NCBI GenBank assembly: GCA_013239625.1
Contig: MU054323.1
Coordinates: forward strand, 2,108,001-2,172,000
Reading direction: 5' to 3'
Source of the DNA: Lama guanicoe
Lineage: Eukaryota
DNA length: 64,000 nt
Position 1 is the first letter of the stretch. Each line of letters starts with the position of its first letter. The translations under genes were made by a program, and so were the position numbers. The notes under the pieces are model-generated. The model had not been told where the DNA came from and searched no databases. It worked only from the letters and a program-made list of their open reading frames with translations. Positions 51,431 through 64,000 of the stretch are shown one piece after another.

Positions 51431-53534
51431 GGATAGTTTGAAATCTTTATGAATGAAAAAATACAGACAATGAGAACTAATGATTTTTATCATAGGACAC
51501 CTTACATATTTTACACGATTTACTACTTTTTAAGGACCAAACTGAGCGAAGCAACTTGTCCAAAGTCACAAAATTGGCAATTGGTAGACTCAAGTTTCTA
51601 ACTCAATCCTACCTCCCTCTAAAATTTACAATGATTGTTTAATCATACCTCCTCTTCAGAGAGCTTCTCCAGTGGCCCATTCTTCTATCCCCAGCTTAAC
51701 AGTAGGTCAGTCTGAAACCTTATGCAGTTAATTGAATAGTCTAAGTAATTAGATCAGACAAGTCTTCATAGTTTCTAAACATGAGCCCTATCCAATGAGA
51801 CTGTGTCTCTGCAAGTCTCAGAGCATGATTAAGGGGTGGCTTCTCATGTCAACCCAGTTGACGGTACATAAGCGCAGTACTCTTGCCAAAAGTTAATATG
51901 TGGAAATTCCTTGTCCAAAATATTGACTGGAGGCCAGTGTACATACACCAGGCTCTGCCCCGATGGCAGTTGTCAGTGTTCTGCTTACATAGGTCAAGGC
52001 TGCAAAGTACAAGTTCTGGGAACCTCATCCAGAGAGGAGAGTATGCTGTTCAGAATGCACCAGTGAAGCATAAGTTGTTTTTGAAGTTCATCTTTCTTCA
52101 GTCAGTCCATCTTGATTATCCACATGACTCAGGAGACACCATGGATTTAGGGAGCCAGAGAACTCTTTCTGTGGCACAGTGTGATGCATATGTTTGATGG
52201 ATTGAGGAAGAATAAAAAAGAATTTAAAACACTTGTACCTTAGAAAATATTTTTTAGAAGTTATCCTCGGGGGAGTTGTAAAGTTAAAGATGCTCTTTAA
52301 ACTATAAGGCCTTCAAAAATAAAAGTGTCACTTAATTGCTGTGTGCATTAAGGCTCTGAGCTTCAATCTTCTCATCTGTAAAATAGGAATTAAATGTTTA
52401 TATACGTCTCACAATTTTGTCATAAAACTTGAATGAAATCATGCAAGTAAAAGCACATAGCACAGTTCACAGAAAGTTCTTAATAACACATACCTCCAAG
52501 ACAACTTCCATTTAAAAAAAATATGCATGTTTGAATAGGGAGAAAGGTCAGTTGGAAGTTGGCCAAAGAGCTTAAAAATCGAGCAGGCTAAGTAGAGATT
52601 GGTGACCACCTTCTCATAAAGGCAAGGGAGCTTGCTGCCGGTGTGAAATCGGGGTCTTGATCTTTTTAAGAAAATCATGAGGAGTTTTTTCCACTTCTCA
52701 TTTGGCATAGCCAAAATGGTCCATGGTCACCTTTTTTTTTTCTTCATCCTGCCTTCAACACTTACTTTCATAAGTAAAGTTAACAAATGATCCCATTTCT
52801 CCCATTAGTAATAGCCATTAGCAGGAATGTTCGACACTCACCAGCATTAACCAAACCCTAATTAGCCAAACACAGCCCGCCACCCCCTTACAATATGCAC
52901 CTTTCTTTCCCCACGCCTGCTATGGCTCTCCTAAAAGAAACATTTGTAGAACTCCCCTCCTTAGCCCGCTCTCCCTCACATCATTAATCAGCTTGCTATG
53001 CCTCATCCAAAGAAAAAAAAAGATTATTCAGTTTCCTGTTGCACGCCGGCCAGATGAGCGAGCGCTAAGTAGGACTTAAATATGTACCCTCATGTTCAAG
53101 GCGCGTAAGCGGCTGCACCTGGAACTCCGGTGTGTGAAGGAGGACGTGTCCTGGGTTTCACAGAGGCTGTCTTTAAGCTGTCTGGTTCTGTATGATGCTG
53201 TGATGCTTCCGCTTTGCAGAGCCAAGTCTTGAGTAGAACAAAGCCGGAAAATACCTCCTGGCCTGGGACCTGGAGGCATTTATCAGCTTGCTCGGAGAGC
53301 CCATGATCTGAGAGGGGCTGTGAAGACTCAGGGGCATTCTTTATTAGGTAGCTTTAAAAAGAAAGTAAGAAACAAAAAAGAAAGAAGATTGAGACACCTA
53401 CACATATACATGCTCATCGCACTGCCCCTGCCGTGCCATCCAGCATGGAGGTGGCAGTGGTGGCTTCACTTCCAGGCAGCAGGAGCTCCCAGGCAGCATG
53501 TCTACCTCCTCGGACAGACAGCCTGTTGCGGAGA

Positions 53535-53740
53535 ACAGTGGTGGGTTCACGGTCTGCACGCTCGGCTTTTAGCTTCAGTGCTGCCACTTCCTATGGGTCT
53601 CTGCAAGTTGCTTAACCTCACAGCCTGTGTCTTCATTTGTAAGATAGGAATGATAATAATCCCGACCTCATAGAGAGAAAGGAAACAAGAAATGTGAAGG
53701 CTGAAGCACAATGCCTGGCACAGAGCAGGCACTCAGCAAC
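53535..53740 (+). mobile_element. MIR SINE
   Basis: gcaagttgcttaacctc...catttgtaagataggaatgataataatcccgacctcatag. Confidence 0.75.
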
Positions 53741-54239
53741 CATCCTCGTCCCAGGTCCCCTGCCTCCCGATTCACCTGCAAAAACAAATGTCAGGGACTC
53801 TGGGGAGGATTTTATCTGGACCCTGTGACCACCTAGGGAGGGCCTTGCCCTGAACTTCAGTGCCCCACGAGCAGGAGACCAGGAGTCTTTTCTCTTTGTT
53901 TTCCTTTGGCCTGTTTTTTATTTGGGGTCTGTGTGATTTCCTGGCAACAGCCCCGTTGGTGGTGAGAAAATATGTGTGTTTGCTATTTGAGGAGCAAGCA
54001 GCTTGTTTCTAGTGGTTCTCCCCCCAATATTGTTGCAAAATGTAGGTCAGCAATAAATGTCCCTCAGTGCAGCACAGCTCAAAGTGGAGTCCCAAATCGA
54101 GTCCAGTTTGGATTCTGTATTTTGGGGGATGCATATGGGCCAAATGGGCTTCCATGCAAGATTGACAGCCTTTTCTCACTTTTCTGATTAGTTCCTTTGG
54201 CTCTTCACTTTCTCCTCCCCAGTAAAATAACAAAGCTTA

Positions 54240-55140
54240 CTTCTACTCCTGTGCTCCTACTTCTGTGAGTTGCACCATCCTCCCAGTAGCTCAGGTAAAA
54301 TCCTGGGTTTATTTTAGATCTCTGCATCTGCCTCCCTGTCACATCCTGTTACTCATTAGCATCTTTTGGTTTGACCTTAATATCCTTCAGAACCAGCCAT
54401 GTCTGCCCATCATATGTCCACTGTTGCATGGTAGTCCCTTCCACACCACCTTGTGCAACCTCTATCCTAAGCACTAAGCACACTGATTTATACTTTCTTG
54501 CTCTTGTATTTTTCCTTTCCATTAGTCTGTGAAAACCTTGGGGGACAGGGCCTATGAATTATTCATCTCTGCATCTCCAGTGCCTCATGCAGTATTTGAA
54601 GCAAATGTTTCCTGGATTAATAAAAGAAAAAAAAAGAGTATAAGACATTGTGTCTCCAATTGGAAAGACTTCTTATGTCAGAAGAGAGATGAAGATTGAA
54701 GAGGTACCTTCTGTTACTGTAAAATTAGATTCCTAATACTATTGCTATTAATCCTGGGCTTGAATGAGACTGTACCTATTTGAGTTTTTCCAGATTTCAG
54801 CCAAAATGTTCTCAGCAATTAATTAGTCTACTTAGTAGCTCTATGGAAACTCATCTAAGTAAACATAGGCATCGGTGCTGCCTGATGGCCCACAGACACC
54901 TAAAACTTGACAAAGTTGGACTTACCCTCTCCTTCCAGAATCTTTTCCCTGTTCTGTGTCTCTCATCCTGGTGAGCCCTGTCACCTGAGCAGGAACATGA
55001 GAGTCATGCAAAGCCTAGCTCTACCATCCTGTCATTCATTCGGGCACTAAGTTCTTCAGAATCAACTTCATAGCATCTCTTGAAACTGTACCCTCATCAC
55101 CGTCATTGCCTAGTTCCCACCCTCATCACTTCTGATAGGA
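54240..55140 (+). mobile_element. LINE-2 remnants
   Basis: caccatcctcccagtagctcagg and catctccagtgcctcatgcagt L2-like phrases. Confidence 0.5.
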
Positions 55141-55350
55141 ACCCTCTGAACTAGATTAACTGAATTCCTCAACTGGAGTTGGTTACTTCTCATTTTGGAT
55201 CACCATTGTGACCAATAAAAAAATCCCTACCAATGCAAGTTGCTTCATGTGTTTGTATTGTTTCTAGTACACTGTAAACTGATTCAGAGCAAGAATTGTA
55301 TTATACTAGAGTATACTATAACTCCATTATACTCAAGTATAATGTGCTGG

Positions 55351-55640
55351 AGTATAGCTGCTCCAGCTTTATTTTAATTTCCATTTGCATGGAGTATCTT
55401 TTTCCATCCCTTTACTTTCAGTCTGTGTGTTTCTTTCTTCTGAAGTGAGTTACTTGTAAGCAGCATATAGATGAGTCTTGGGTTTTTTTTAAATTATTCT
55501 ATCAATTTAGCCACTCTGTGTATTTTGATTGGCAAATTTCATCCTTTTACATTTAAATAAATTATTGACAGGTGTGTACGTGTTGCTGTTTTGTTCATTG
55601 TTTTCTAGATTTTTTTTTTGTAGTTTTTCTCTGTTTCTTT
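55351..55640 (-). mobile_element. LINE-1 fragment (5' part of ORF2), inverted relative to the adjacent fragment
   Basis: ccatttgcatggagtatctttttccatccctttactttcagtctgtgtgt is antisense L1 endonuclease region. Confidence 0.8.
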
Positions 55641-55679
55641 CTTCTTCTTTCTCTGGAAAGAGAAACCTTTAACTAGATG

Positions 55680-56795
55680 ATACACAACAGTAAAAAGCTG
55701 AAAGAGTTCCCTTTAAGATCAGGAGCAAGACAAGAATGCCTCTTATTACCATTTTAATTCAGTGTAGAATTGCAAGTCCTAGCCACAGCAGTTAGGCAAG
55801 AAAAAGAAATAAAAGGCATCCAAATTGGAAAGGAAAAAGCAAAACTGTCACTATTTGCAGATGGCACAATTATATAGAGAGAGAATCCTAAAAACTCCAC
55901 CAAAAAACTGTTAGAACTAATAAATGAATTCAGTAAAGCCATAGGATACAATATCAATATACAGAAACCAGTATTGTTTTTATACAGTAATAATGAACTA
56001 TCAGAAGGAGAAATGAAGAAAACAATCCCATTTACAATTGGATTAAACTGAATAAAATACCAAGGATTAAATTTAACCAAGGAGATGAAATACTTGTACT
56101 TTGAAAACTATAAGACACAGATGAAAGAAATTGAAGATACAAATAAATGGAAAGACATTTCAGATTCATGGATTGGAAGAATTAATATTATTAAAATGGC
56201 CATACTACCCAAAGCAATCTACAGATTCAGTGTGGTCCCTATCAAAATTACAATGGCATATTTCACAGAACTAGAACAAAGAATTCTAAAATTTTTATGG
56301 GACCACAAATGATCCTGAATAGCCAAAACAATCAAAAGAAGAGAAGAACACAGCTGGATGTGTCATGTTCCCTGATTTCAAACTATACCATAAAGCTATA
56401 GTAATCAACAGTGTATTACTGGCACAAAACCAGACATGCAGATCAATGAAACAGCATTGAGAGCCCAGTAATAAACCCACACATATATGGATAATAAATC
56501 TATGGCAAAGGAGCAAAGAACATACAGTGGAGAAAGGATAGTCTCTTCAATAAAAGTTGTTGAGAAAACTGGACAGTCACATGCGAAAGAATGAAACTAG
56601 ACCACTATTTTACACCATACACAAAAATTAACTCAAAATGGGTTTAAGACTTAAATGTAAGACCTGAAACCATAAAATTCCTAGAAAAAAACATAGACAG
56701 TAATTTGACTGATTTTGGTCTTAGCAATGTTTTTATGGATATGACTTTAAATGCAAGGAAAACAAAGACAAAAAGAAACATCAAACTAAGAAACT
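55680..56795 (+). mobile_element. LINE-1 ORF2 fragment (RT C-terminal region)
   Basis: Peptides [21 protein letters not shown] and LSLFAD-like; disrupted, no 3'UTR or tail. Confidence 0.9.
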
Positions 56796-56869
56796 TTAAT
56801 AAAGTTTGTTTTCTTCTCATGCATTTATGCTTTTCTATAAGACTATTATTTTTCATATTTCATAGATTT

Positions 56870-57430
56870 CTATTTTATTCAATGGGTGTCATTCATTACT
56901 ATCATTATTTATTTAGATGCTCAAATTGTGCCAGATTTGACCAGTAGGAGCCCTTCCTACGTGTCTTTGATATGTCTCCATGATTCTCTCAGTATTTTCT
57001 TACTTTCTGGAATAACAAAATTCTCTAGACTTATCTTGCACTTTATCTCTTCCATCCATGGAATCAGCTATTTCTCTAGAGCTCTGTTTTGTTTCAGTGG
57101 ACAGTAGTATTTAGAAACCAACATATAGGCATTAAGTGGCTTGTTGCTTCTAGTATGTCATAGCTTCTAGATTCTTCCAGTGTATGGAGCTTTGTAATAG
57201 ATACACATACATGGACATGTCTATGTTTATTTTCATATCTACTTATCTACTTACCTGTCTATAGTACTAAATACCACAAATTTATATTGGTATCTCCAAT
57301 TGCAATACAACTCTACAGGGTTCATTTTATTCTTTTTCTATATTTATAACTCCCTTATTCTGGCTTCCCTCAACATACTTATTTCTTAGCTTTAGTGTAA
57401 ACATTGGGTGGTTTTGGAATTGCTAACCTA
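56870..57430 (-). mobile_element. Old L1 3' end fragment (L1MC4-like)
   Basis: gatgctcaaattgtgccagatttgaccagtaggagccc...ggaatcagctatttctctagagc pattern. Confidence 0.65.
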
Positions 57431-58332
57431 TAACACTATGCAATAGTTTTTTAAAAACAAATTGAACCTTCTTCCTTGTTGCCCTGCCTTCAATGTTTCT
57501 TGCCTCAATTTCTTACGTACACATAGTTCTCAGACCAAATTTTAAATATTTGACATTACAACCATATTTACAACTCAAGAGATAATGAAAGATAAAATGC
57601 AAAAAATCCAGAAAAGAACTTAGGTCATTTTAATTGAGAAAAGTATTTGAAAACAGGGTCAACACTTACTATGTTTATGATAAGCATTAGATTAGAATTC
57701 TGCTAATTTTGCTAGTCATTTAGCTACTGGATCATTGAAGATACTTATTCTAATAACAGTTATTCACTATTAAATCTGAGTAATATTCTAATGTGAGAAC
57801 CTTCTTAGCTTCCCATATTGACTTTGAATATATAAAGATCTTGTGGACATGTGAAGTACTTGTGCATAAACATTTTCATAGTGATGAGAAAAAAAACCCA
57901 TGAACTTGTTTTCCTGTGGAAAAAGTCAATTTTTAATTAAATTTTTACCCTGCTTTAAAAAAACAGCCTCAAGGGGGAGAGTTGGGCACTTCCCCAAGCA
58001 CTGTATTCCTCTTTACCTATGCAGGCAAGAGAGTTTTGAAACTACTGAGTTAGTGACAACTCTTACCAAATTTAGATGCTCCTCGATGCTCAGTTATACT
58101 TTGTACTCTGATACATAAACCATCCTGTTTCATCACAGGCCTCAATAAATGTTTCTGAAAGAATGGAAGCTGGGTTATTAACTTCTGAAATGAGTGGGTT
58201 TCTCTTTCTCTAGGAACTCTTTAACCCATTCACTTCAAGGCCTGATCTCTCCATGTGAAACTGGCATAGGAGAGATGGAGGATACATCCATTTCTGAAAA
58301 AGGATCTGTAAGGCCACAGATGGATTATAAGC

Positions 58333-58367
<35 letters not shown>

Positions 58368-58834
58368 AAAAAACCGAGAAACTGCTAGGTGCCAGGTGAC
58401 TACTCTGTGTGTTTATCTTATTTCAACCTTACAACAACTCAGTGATGAAGGAAATAGGCATCTCACTTTGCAGATACAAGTGTGATGGGAGCTGAGTCAC
58501 TTTCTGAGAAAATGATGGAACCAAAAATCTAAACTCTGGTTGGTCTTATTTCAAAACTTTTTTTTTCTTGCTGTGTGACTGCCTGCCATAGTTTAGATGC
58601 TGTCAGAGCTATACCAGGTAGGAACATCAAGAGGAAACAGAACAGCAAAATTAGGTAAAGTATGAAATTCTGTTGAGGGGCATCATTGAAATAGATGAAC
58701 TTATCAAGTAAATATGGTGGTGAATATGAGCAGTGTGTTGTATTGGGGAGCAAGTGTGACACTTCTGTTGGGACAATAGGCTTTTAAAAAGTCTACGTTA
58801 ACGGTGTAGATGATGTTTCAGATACCATCAAGAG

Positions 58835-58960
58835 AAATGGACTCGTTTTATAGGTGAGGAAACCAAGGTCTAGAAAGAAGAAAGGACTTACCTAAGGTCA
58901 CATAGCAAGTTGATGATACAACCAGGAATAGAAACCAGGTCTTTGCAGTCAGTCTCACTG
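58835..58960 (-). mobile_element. MIR SINE
   Basis: ttttataggtgaggaaaccaagg...acttacctaaggtcacatagc. Confidence 0.7.
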
Positions 58961-58970
58961 TATCTAACCG

Positions 58971-59027
58971 TTTTATTTTATTTTATTTTATTTTATTTTA
59001 TTTTATTTTATTTTGTTTTATTATTTT
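58971..59027. repeat. (TTTTA)n microsatellite
   Basis: Directly visible. Confidence 0.95.
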
Positions 59028-62000
59028 TCTTAATCAGTCCATTTTTCTCATTTGCTACAATTCAACAACAAAACACTCACTGAGAATCAGCTTTGTAACA
59101 AGCATTATTCCAGGCACTGGAGATCCAAAGGCGGAACAGAGCCTTTGGTTAGTAAAAAACACTTGTCCTTTTTCTCTCTGTGTTTCTCTCTCTCTGTCTC
59201 TGTCTTCCTTTAGCTTTGTTTTTCTTGACAATGGATGGCCTCCCCACTGAGTGCAGACAGAGGTCAGAACTTGCCCGTACATGAATATAGCCCTGTGTGT
59301 TTTGTGTTCCTCTTCACTGTGCGTGTGTTCCAAGGCTCCGTGTCACATTATGCAGTGCCCGCTGATAAACAGGGGGCAGAGAATGGATGAGAATGATTAT
59401 GATAAGGGAGAAAATGTCCAGATGTTAGTAGCTCATAATGTTTTAATTTGGAGTAGTGCTTCCCCCAACGCCGTCACCAAAGGTTTGTCTTTGGTTTATT
59501 TGTGTTATCACAACAGTGACGATGGAGTTAAATGCAGCCTTTGAAAAGAGGATTTTTGCTTGTTTCATTTATATTCTACTGTTCTTTCATTAAACATTTC
59601 TAAATATCCACGGGGCCCAATTCTTACAAAAATAAATCAGATAAACCTAGGGTTCTTGCCAAGTCAAATATCTACAGTTTCTGGCAATTATGTAATTTCC
59701 AACTCTGCTGCAGTAACTATTGCTGATAAGTCAATCGTCATACAGAGAAATGTTCCAGACCAATCTTTATTAGTGTGTCCTTCACTGATATATGCACGGT
59801 CTTTTTTTAAAAGCAGAGTTCTAACTTTTTTTTTGTCCCTAGTGCATAGCTTCTCACCATAACAATTTATATCTGGATAATGTCATGGTAAAATATAAAA
59901 ATGGTAAATTAAAACCCATGAAATTATGTTCTGCTGTTATTAATAAAAACTGCTCTGGTTTTCACCATTTTGTCATGATGGCACTGTCTTATAATGAGAC
60001 TTTGCAGTAATGTGTTTCTGCATTGCGAGTTGATTTGGCCCAGACAAAAACAGTATTCAGCAAGTTACTCTGCGGAACTGCCCTGGGAAGAAAGAACTTG
60101 AGAATCATGTGTTAATTTAAATACCTCCTTAACGTTGAGGTTAAACACATTATTGATCAGGAAAGGCTTTTATGGAGAGAGAAACCATGCTATTCTATAA
60201 GTGGTCTAAAATAAACAAACTGAAAATACCAGCATGCTATTTTTTTTCCCAGAGTAGCATATGTGTTTGATGCAGATATGCATCGATTAAAACATTTATA
60301 TTAAAATAAAAGCATATTTTCAAATCACAATTTCTGCCTCTGCTTTGAGGGGAGTCTCTAGAGACTGATTCTCCTCTGTAGCTAGAGCTCGCAGGCTATG
60401 AACTTGCTTTTATCAGGGTTGCAGTCTGCAGAATATTTTTGCTCACATGATCTCATTCATTTCCTCTCATAGGTCTAGGAGACCGGCAGGGTTTCATTCC
60501 TATGTTGTAGATGAGGACACTGACACTGACACCGGGCCTTATGTAATGTTCCTTATGCACTTCTAGCACATAGAAGCCCTGGTACACAACCAGACTTTCT
60601 GCCCCCCCCCATACCATACCCCAACGCCATACCAAAGGAGGGGGGTGGTCCTTTCTGAGGCACAGCAGTAGAGTTTCCCTCTCCTGATGAAGATACCCAG
60701 GAGATGATTAACCCAGCTTTCATTTCTGTGAAGGGAAAGTAGCCTGATAAAATCGTCTTAGTTTAGATGCTGTCCTCTCACAAGACAGAGTGATAGCCAA
60801 GGTGATTTAAAAACCCCTCCCCTCCTACACTCCCATGGATTCAGTGAGGAAGGACAAAACTGGTGGATGCCTGTGTCAATGGAGAGCCTAGACTTTTAGG
60901 TTCTCACTGCAGCTTGTTTTGCAAACAGTTATCAGAAGTATTTTGTTGATAGGGACAGTACATTTCAATTTTTGGAAGATTTTCAAATGCCTTTCATTGC
61001 CAGTATCATTATTAAAAAGGAAAAAGAATAGAATTTATTCCTAAAGGATAGGAGTCGTTTCTTTCAGGTCTCTGTTTCTTTGTGTATGCCGTAGTGCTGG
61101 CTGAATGGAAACTTCCAGCCACAGGACCTGTGGAGGCAATCAGCACAGATAGGTAAGAAAAATTCAGCTGAGAAACTAGTCTGAGTAAAGAAGACTAGGA
61201 GCAGTATTCCCACATGCTCTTAAGGCAAGTTCTTCATAACCAAAGTTTATAGTATTGCAAAGGATGGGGCTAAAAGAAAATCTGCTAACTACACACCAGA
61301 ATAACGTTGGCTTTTCAGCAAGATGCAAAACAAATGCTTGATTAATTTTGAAAGCAAATGATGTTTAAGTTGCAAAAATAAGAATACAGAAAACATGATT
61401 TCTGTTTCTCGGTTTGCATCCAATCAGCATTGGGCTAATAGTATAGATTCCACTGGACTATTAGTATAGATTTCAAACTGTTGGACAATGGTGCTTATCC
61501 TCACTTTGTGTGTGCAGGATAGTGACAGGTGAACAGGACAGTTGCAGGGTGAATAAATGTATAATTTAAGGGTGATTAACATCTGATTCATCAGCTTGAG
61601 TCCTAGGACCATATTTGTGATTGAACAGCAGGAGTTAACCCTGAAATTATCTACTTGTGACTTTTTCTACTAGGCTATAAAACCTCCTTGCTGGGCTGGG
61701 GCATGTCTTGGAGAATTGAAGGGAGGGGAGGTTATCAGGGGAGGAACCAGGATCTGCCCTTGTAAGTCCCTGTTGGCATGGTGGGTCTTCTGGTTAAAAG
61801 GTCAGACAATGAACATGTTATCTTTTGAGGCCCTCTGCTGGATTCCTTCCTATTCCTGCTGATCTGGTCCTCAGACTTCAGTATTGTTGCTAATCTTCAT
61901 TTTAAACAACTTTACCGAACAATGAGTAGATATCTTTTGAGGTTTGAATTTGGCACTTCATAAAGGATCCAGAGAGCCACCTGGCTACCAAAGTCTTCTG

Positions 62001-62735
62001 GAGGGTGAGTCCTCACCTATTTGTGAAGCAGAGGGTTTAATTTCTGCATCCTTTGGTCTGTATCTTTATCTACTGTTCATAGAACGATAGAATAACAGCC
62101 ATAGGGTAGTAATTCATCAGTGGTCCGAGTGCCCTTCTTATCCTTGGTCAGCCTTCAGTTTACTGTGATCACAACGTGGGATAGTGTCTTTGGAATAAGA
62201 AGAAAGAGGCCAGACATCTTCTTCCTTGTTTCTTCCAGTGGTAACAGGTATTCCATTGGTGATCCTTGGCTTCCTGCTTTCTGTGCTTCAGCGAGGGACC
62301 ACAGCTGGTGCAGCCCCCTCCTCCCGCGCTGTCGCATGGTGCAGTGGTGTGGTTCCGTGCCAGCAGTGTCAAGGGAGGGCTGCTGGGCTCCCACATATTT
62401 AATTTAGAATTAGTTTGGAAACGAGGGCGCTTGGATTCCCTGCTGTTCTTATTTTATCTGGGATTGTTCAACAGGGACAGGGAGAGAGAGGTCTGCAAAG
62501 GCAATTATAGTGTGGCATACACAAGTTTTACAAGCTTGGAATCTCTTCAAGTGTCCTCCCCGAGAGTGTTTCCTTGTGAATTAGAAAACTCTAGTTTTAG
62601 CTTGATGAACTGTTTTCTGGTTAATTCAGTTGTTCTAGCCCCTGCTGGAGCTAGAGTAATAAATATTCAGAGCAGAAAATGTGGCTTTCTGAAATGCTAT
62701 CATGAATGGGGTTGGCAGAGGAGCAAATAAAAAGT

Positions 62736-62910
62736 CAGGGTGGCCAATTAAATAGGTATTTCAGATAAACAATAAATAATTTATTAGTGTAAGTATATTC
62801 TAAATGTTGCATGGACCCTCTCAAATATTGCAAAGGACATAGTTATAATAAACATTACTTATCATGAATTCAAATTTTATTGAACATGCTGTATTTATCT
62901 GGCAACCCTT
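62736..62910. mobile_element. MER53-like hAT MITE
   Basis: Terminal inverted repeats agggtggcca / tggcaaccct with typical AT-rich core. Confidence 0.75.
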
Positions 62911-64000
62911 GTCATGAATAATTAAAAGATGCTATTGCTGTTGTTCACAGAAATGAATTTATTTCATCATTGATTAGTTTCACTAAAATCAATAGGTATA
63001 TTAGATGTCTGTTCCCACTTTTCAGATAAATTATAGCAGTAGGATAAAATATGTATTTTCTGTTTTACACTGTGGAAATAATGGGGGTATCTATTCAGAT
63101 TTGAATTTTCTCTTGTTCTCTATATGGTAATGTGCTATACAGATTTAGGTTTGTTTTTGTTTAAGTCATGAGAAGAGTAATACTCAAATATAAAATTCCT
63201 TTTAGTTTTATGAAATTAGCATACATAGGAAATCATGGATTGGCTATGCCGGGAAGATTAAAACAAGCAATCTTATCCTGATTGTATAAGTAATATATGT
63301 TCCTTGTAGAACATTTAGAAAATACATAATATGAAAAAATATACCTGTGATGTTTTTTAATCTATTTTACATTTTTGTGGAAACACTTCAAAACATTTCG
63401 AGATTTTGTTGTAATACAATTTTGTTGCCTTTTAAAAATTCACTATTAACAACATGAATGTCTTTTTATTTCATTTAGAAAGAATTTAGAAAACATTGTA
63501 ATAATGACATGCTATTCTTTCTCCTTATTGTCTTGATTTTTTTTCCTGCTCTAATATTAAAATGAGGATATTGGTACATAACTGCTTGTTTGTTTCACTA
63601 ATTGTTTTTTTGGATATATTTTTGGAAATGCCTTTACTTGATCTAAGGATCAAAACATTTTTGAGACTTGAGCTATTTGTTGCCAGTGCTGTTGGATGGA
63701 AACCCACACTCCCTGTGCTTTATGTTTCAGTGCTCTGGCCAGAGGGACATCTGGAGATTTTTACCCTCTAGTCTACTCAGTCCTTTCCACAGGGATAGGC
63801 AAGACTTATCTAATGGGTGAGTTTGGAGGCAGGCAGTTTGGTTCGGCTCCTAGACTCAGTTGCTCTCAGATATGGCCATTCACATCGAGGGTCCCCCTGG
63901 TCTTCTCTTTGCTATGTGGTCAGATTACCTGGGGATTCTGGTCAGCTGGGTACACCTCCAGCTGTCCACTCTGCTTTAGGGTAAATTGAAGTTTGGAGGA

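Noticed and set aside
62120..62730. Cluster of ORFs up to 154 aa
   Set aside because: Mostly non-ATG starts, no recognisable protein or exon structure
1..64000. Prokaryotic-type systems (CRISPR, operons, defence islands) or intact viral genes
   Set aside because: The sequence is intron-containing mammalian DNA; none were seen

Overview
Mammalian (eutherian) genomic DNA containing two complete, tandem, minus-strand genes. NT5C1B (cytosolic 5'-nucleotidase IB) has 10 coding exons at 47046->26018 and encodes 618 aa with the cassette exon 3, or 557 aa without it. RDH14 (retinol dehydrogenase 14) lies about 3 kb downstream, has 2 exons at 22918->18551, encodes 336 aa and has a CpG-island promoter. 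All exon boundaries were read directly (GT/AG, consistent phases). The rest is intronic or intergenic DNA with old repeats (L1, L2, MIR, MLT1/LTR16, hAT MITEs), one young 5'-truncated L1 with a target-site duplication, a U6 snRNA retrocopy in NT5C1B intron 6, and several repeat-free blocks that look regulatory. The repeat content suggests a camelid-like cetartiodactyl (inference). I see no demonstrably new biological system. The best lead is a poly(A) signal abutting a consensus 5' splice site just after the NT5C1B stop codon, which could act as a termination-versus-read-through switch into RDH14. Repeat subfamily names and boundaries were recognised by eye and are approximate.
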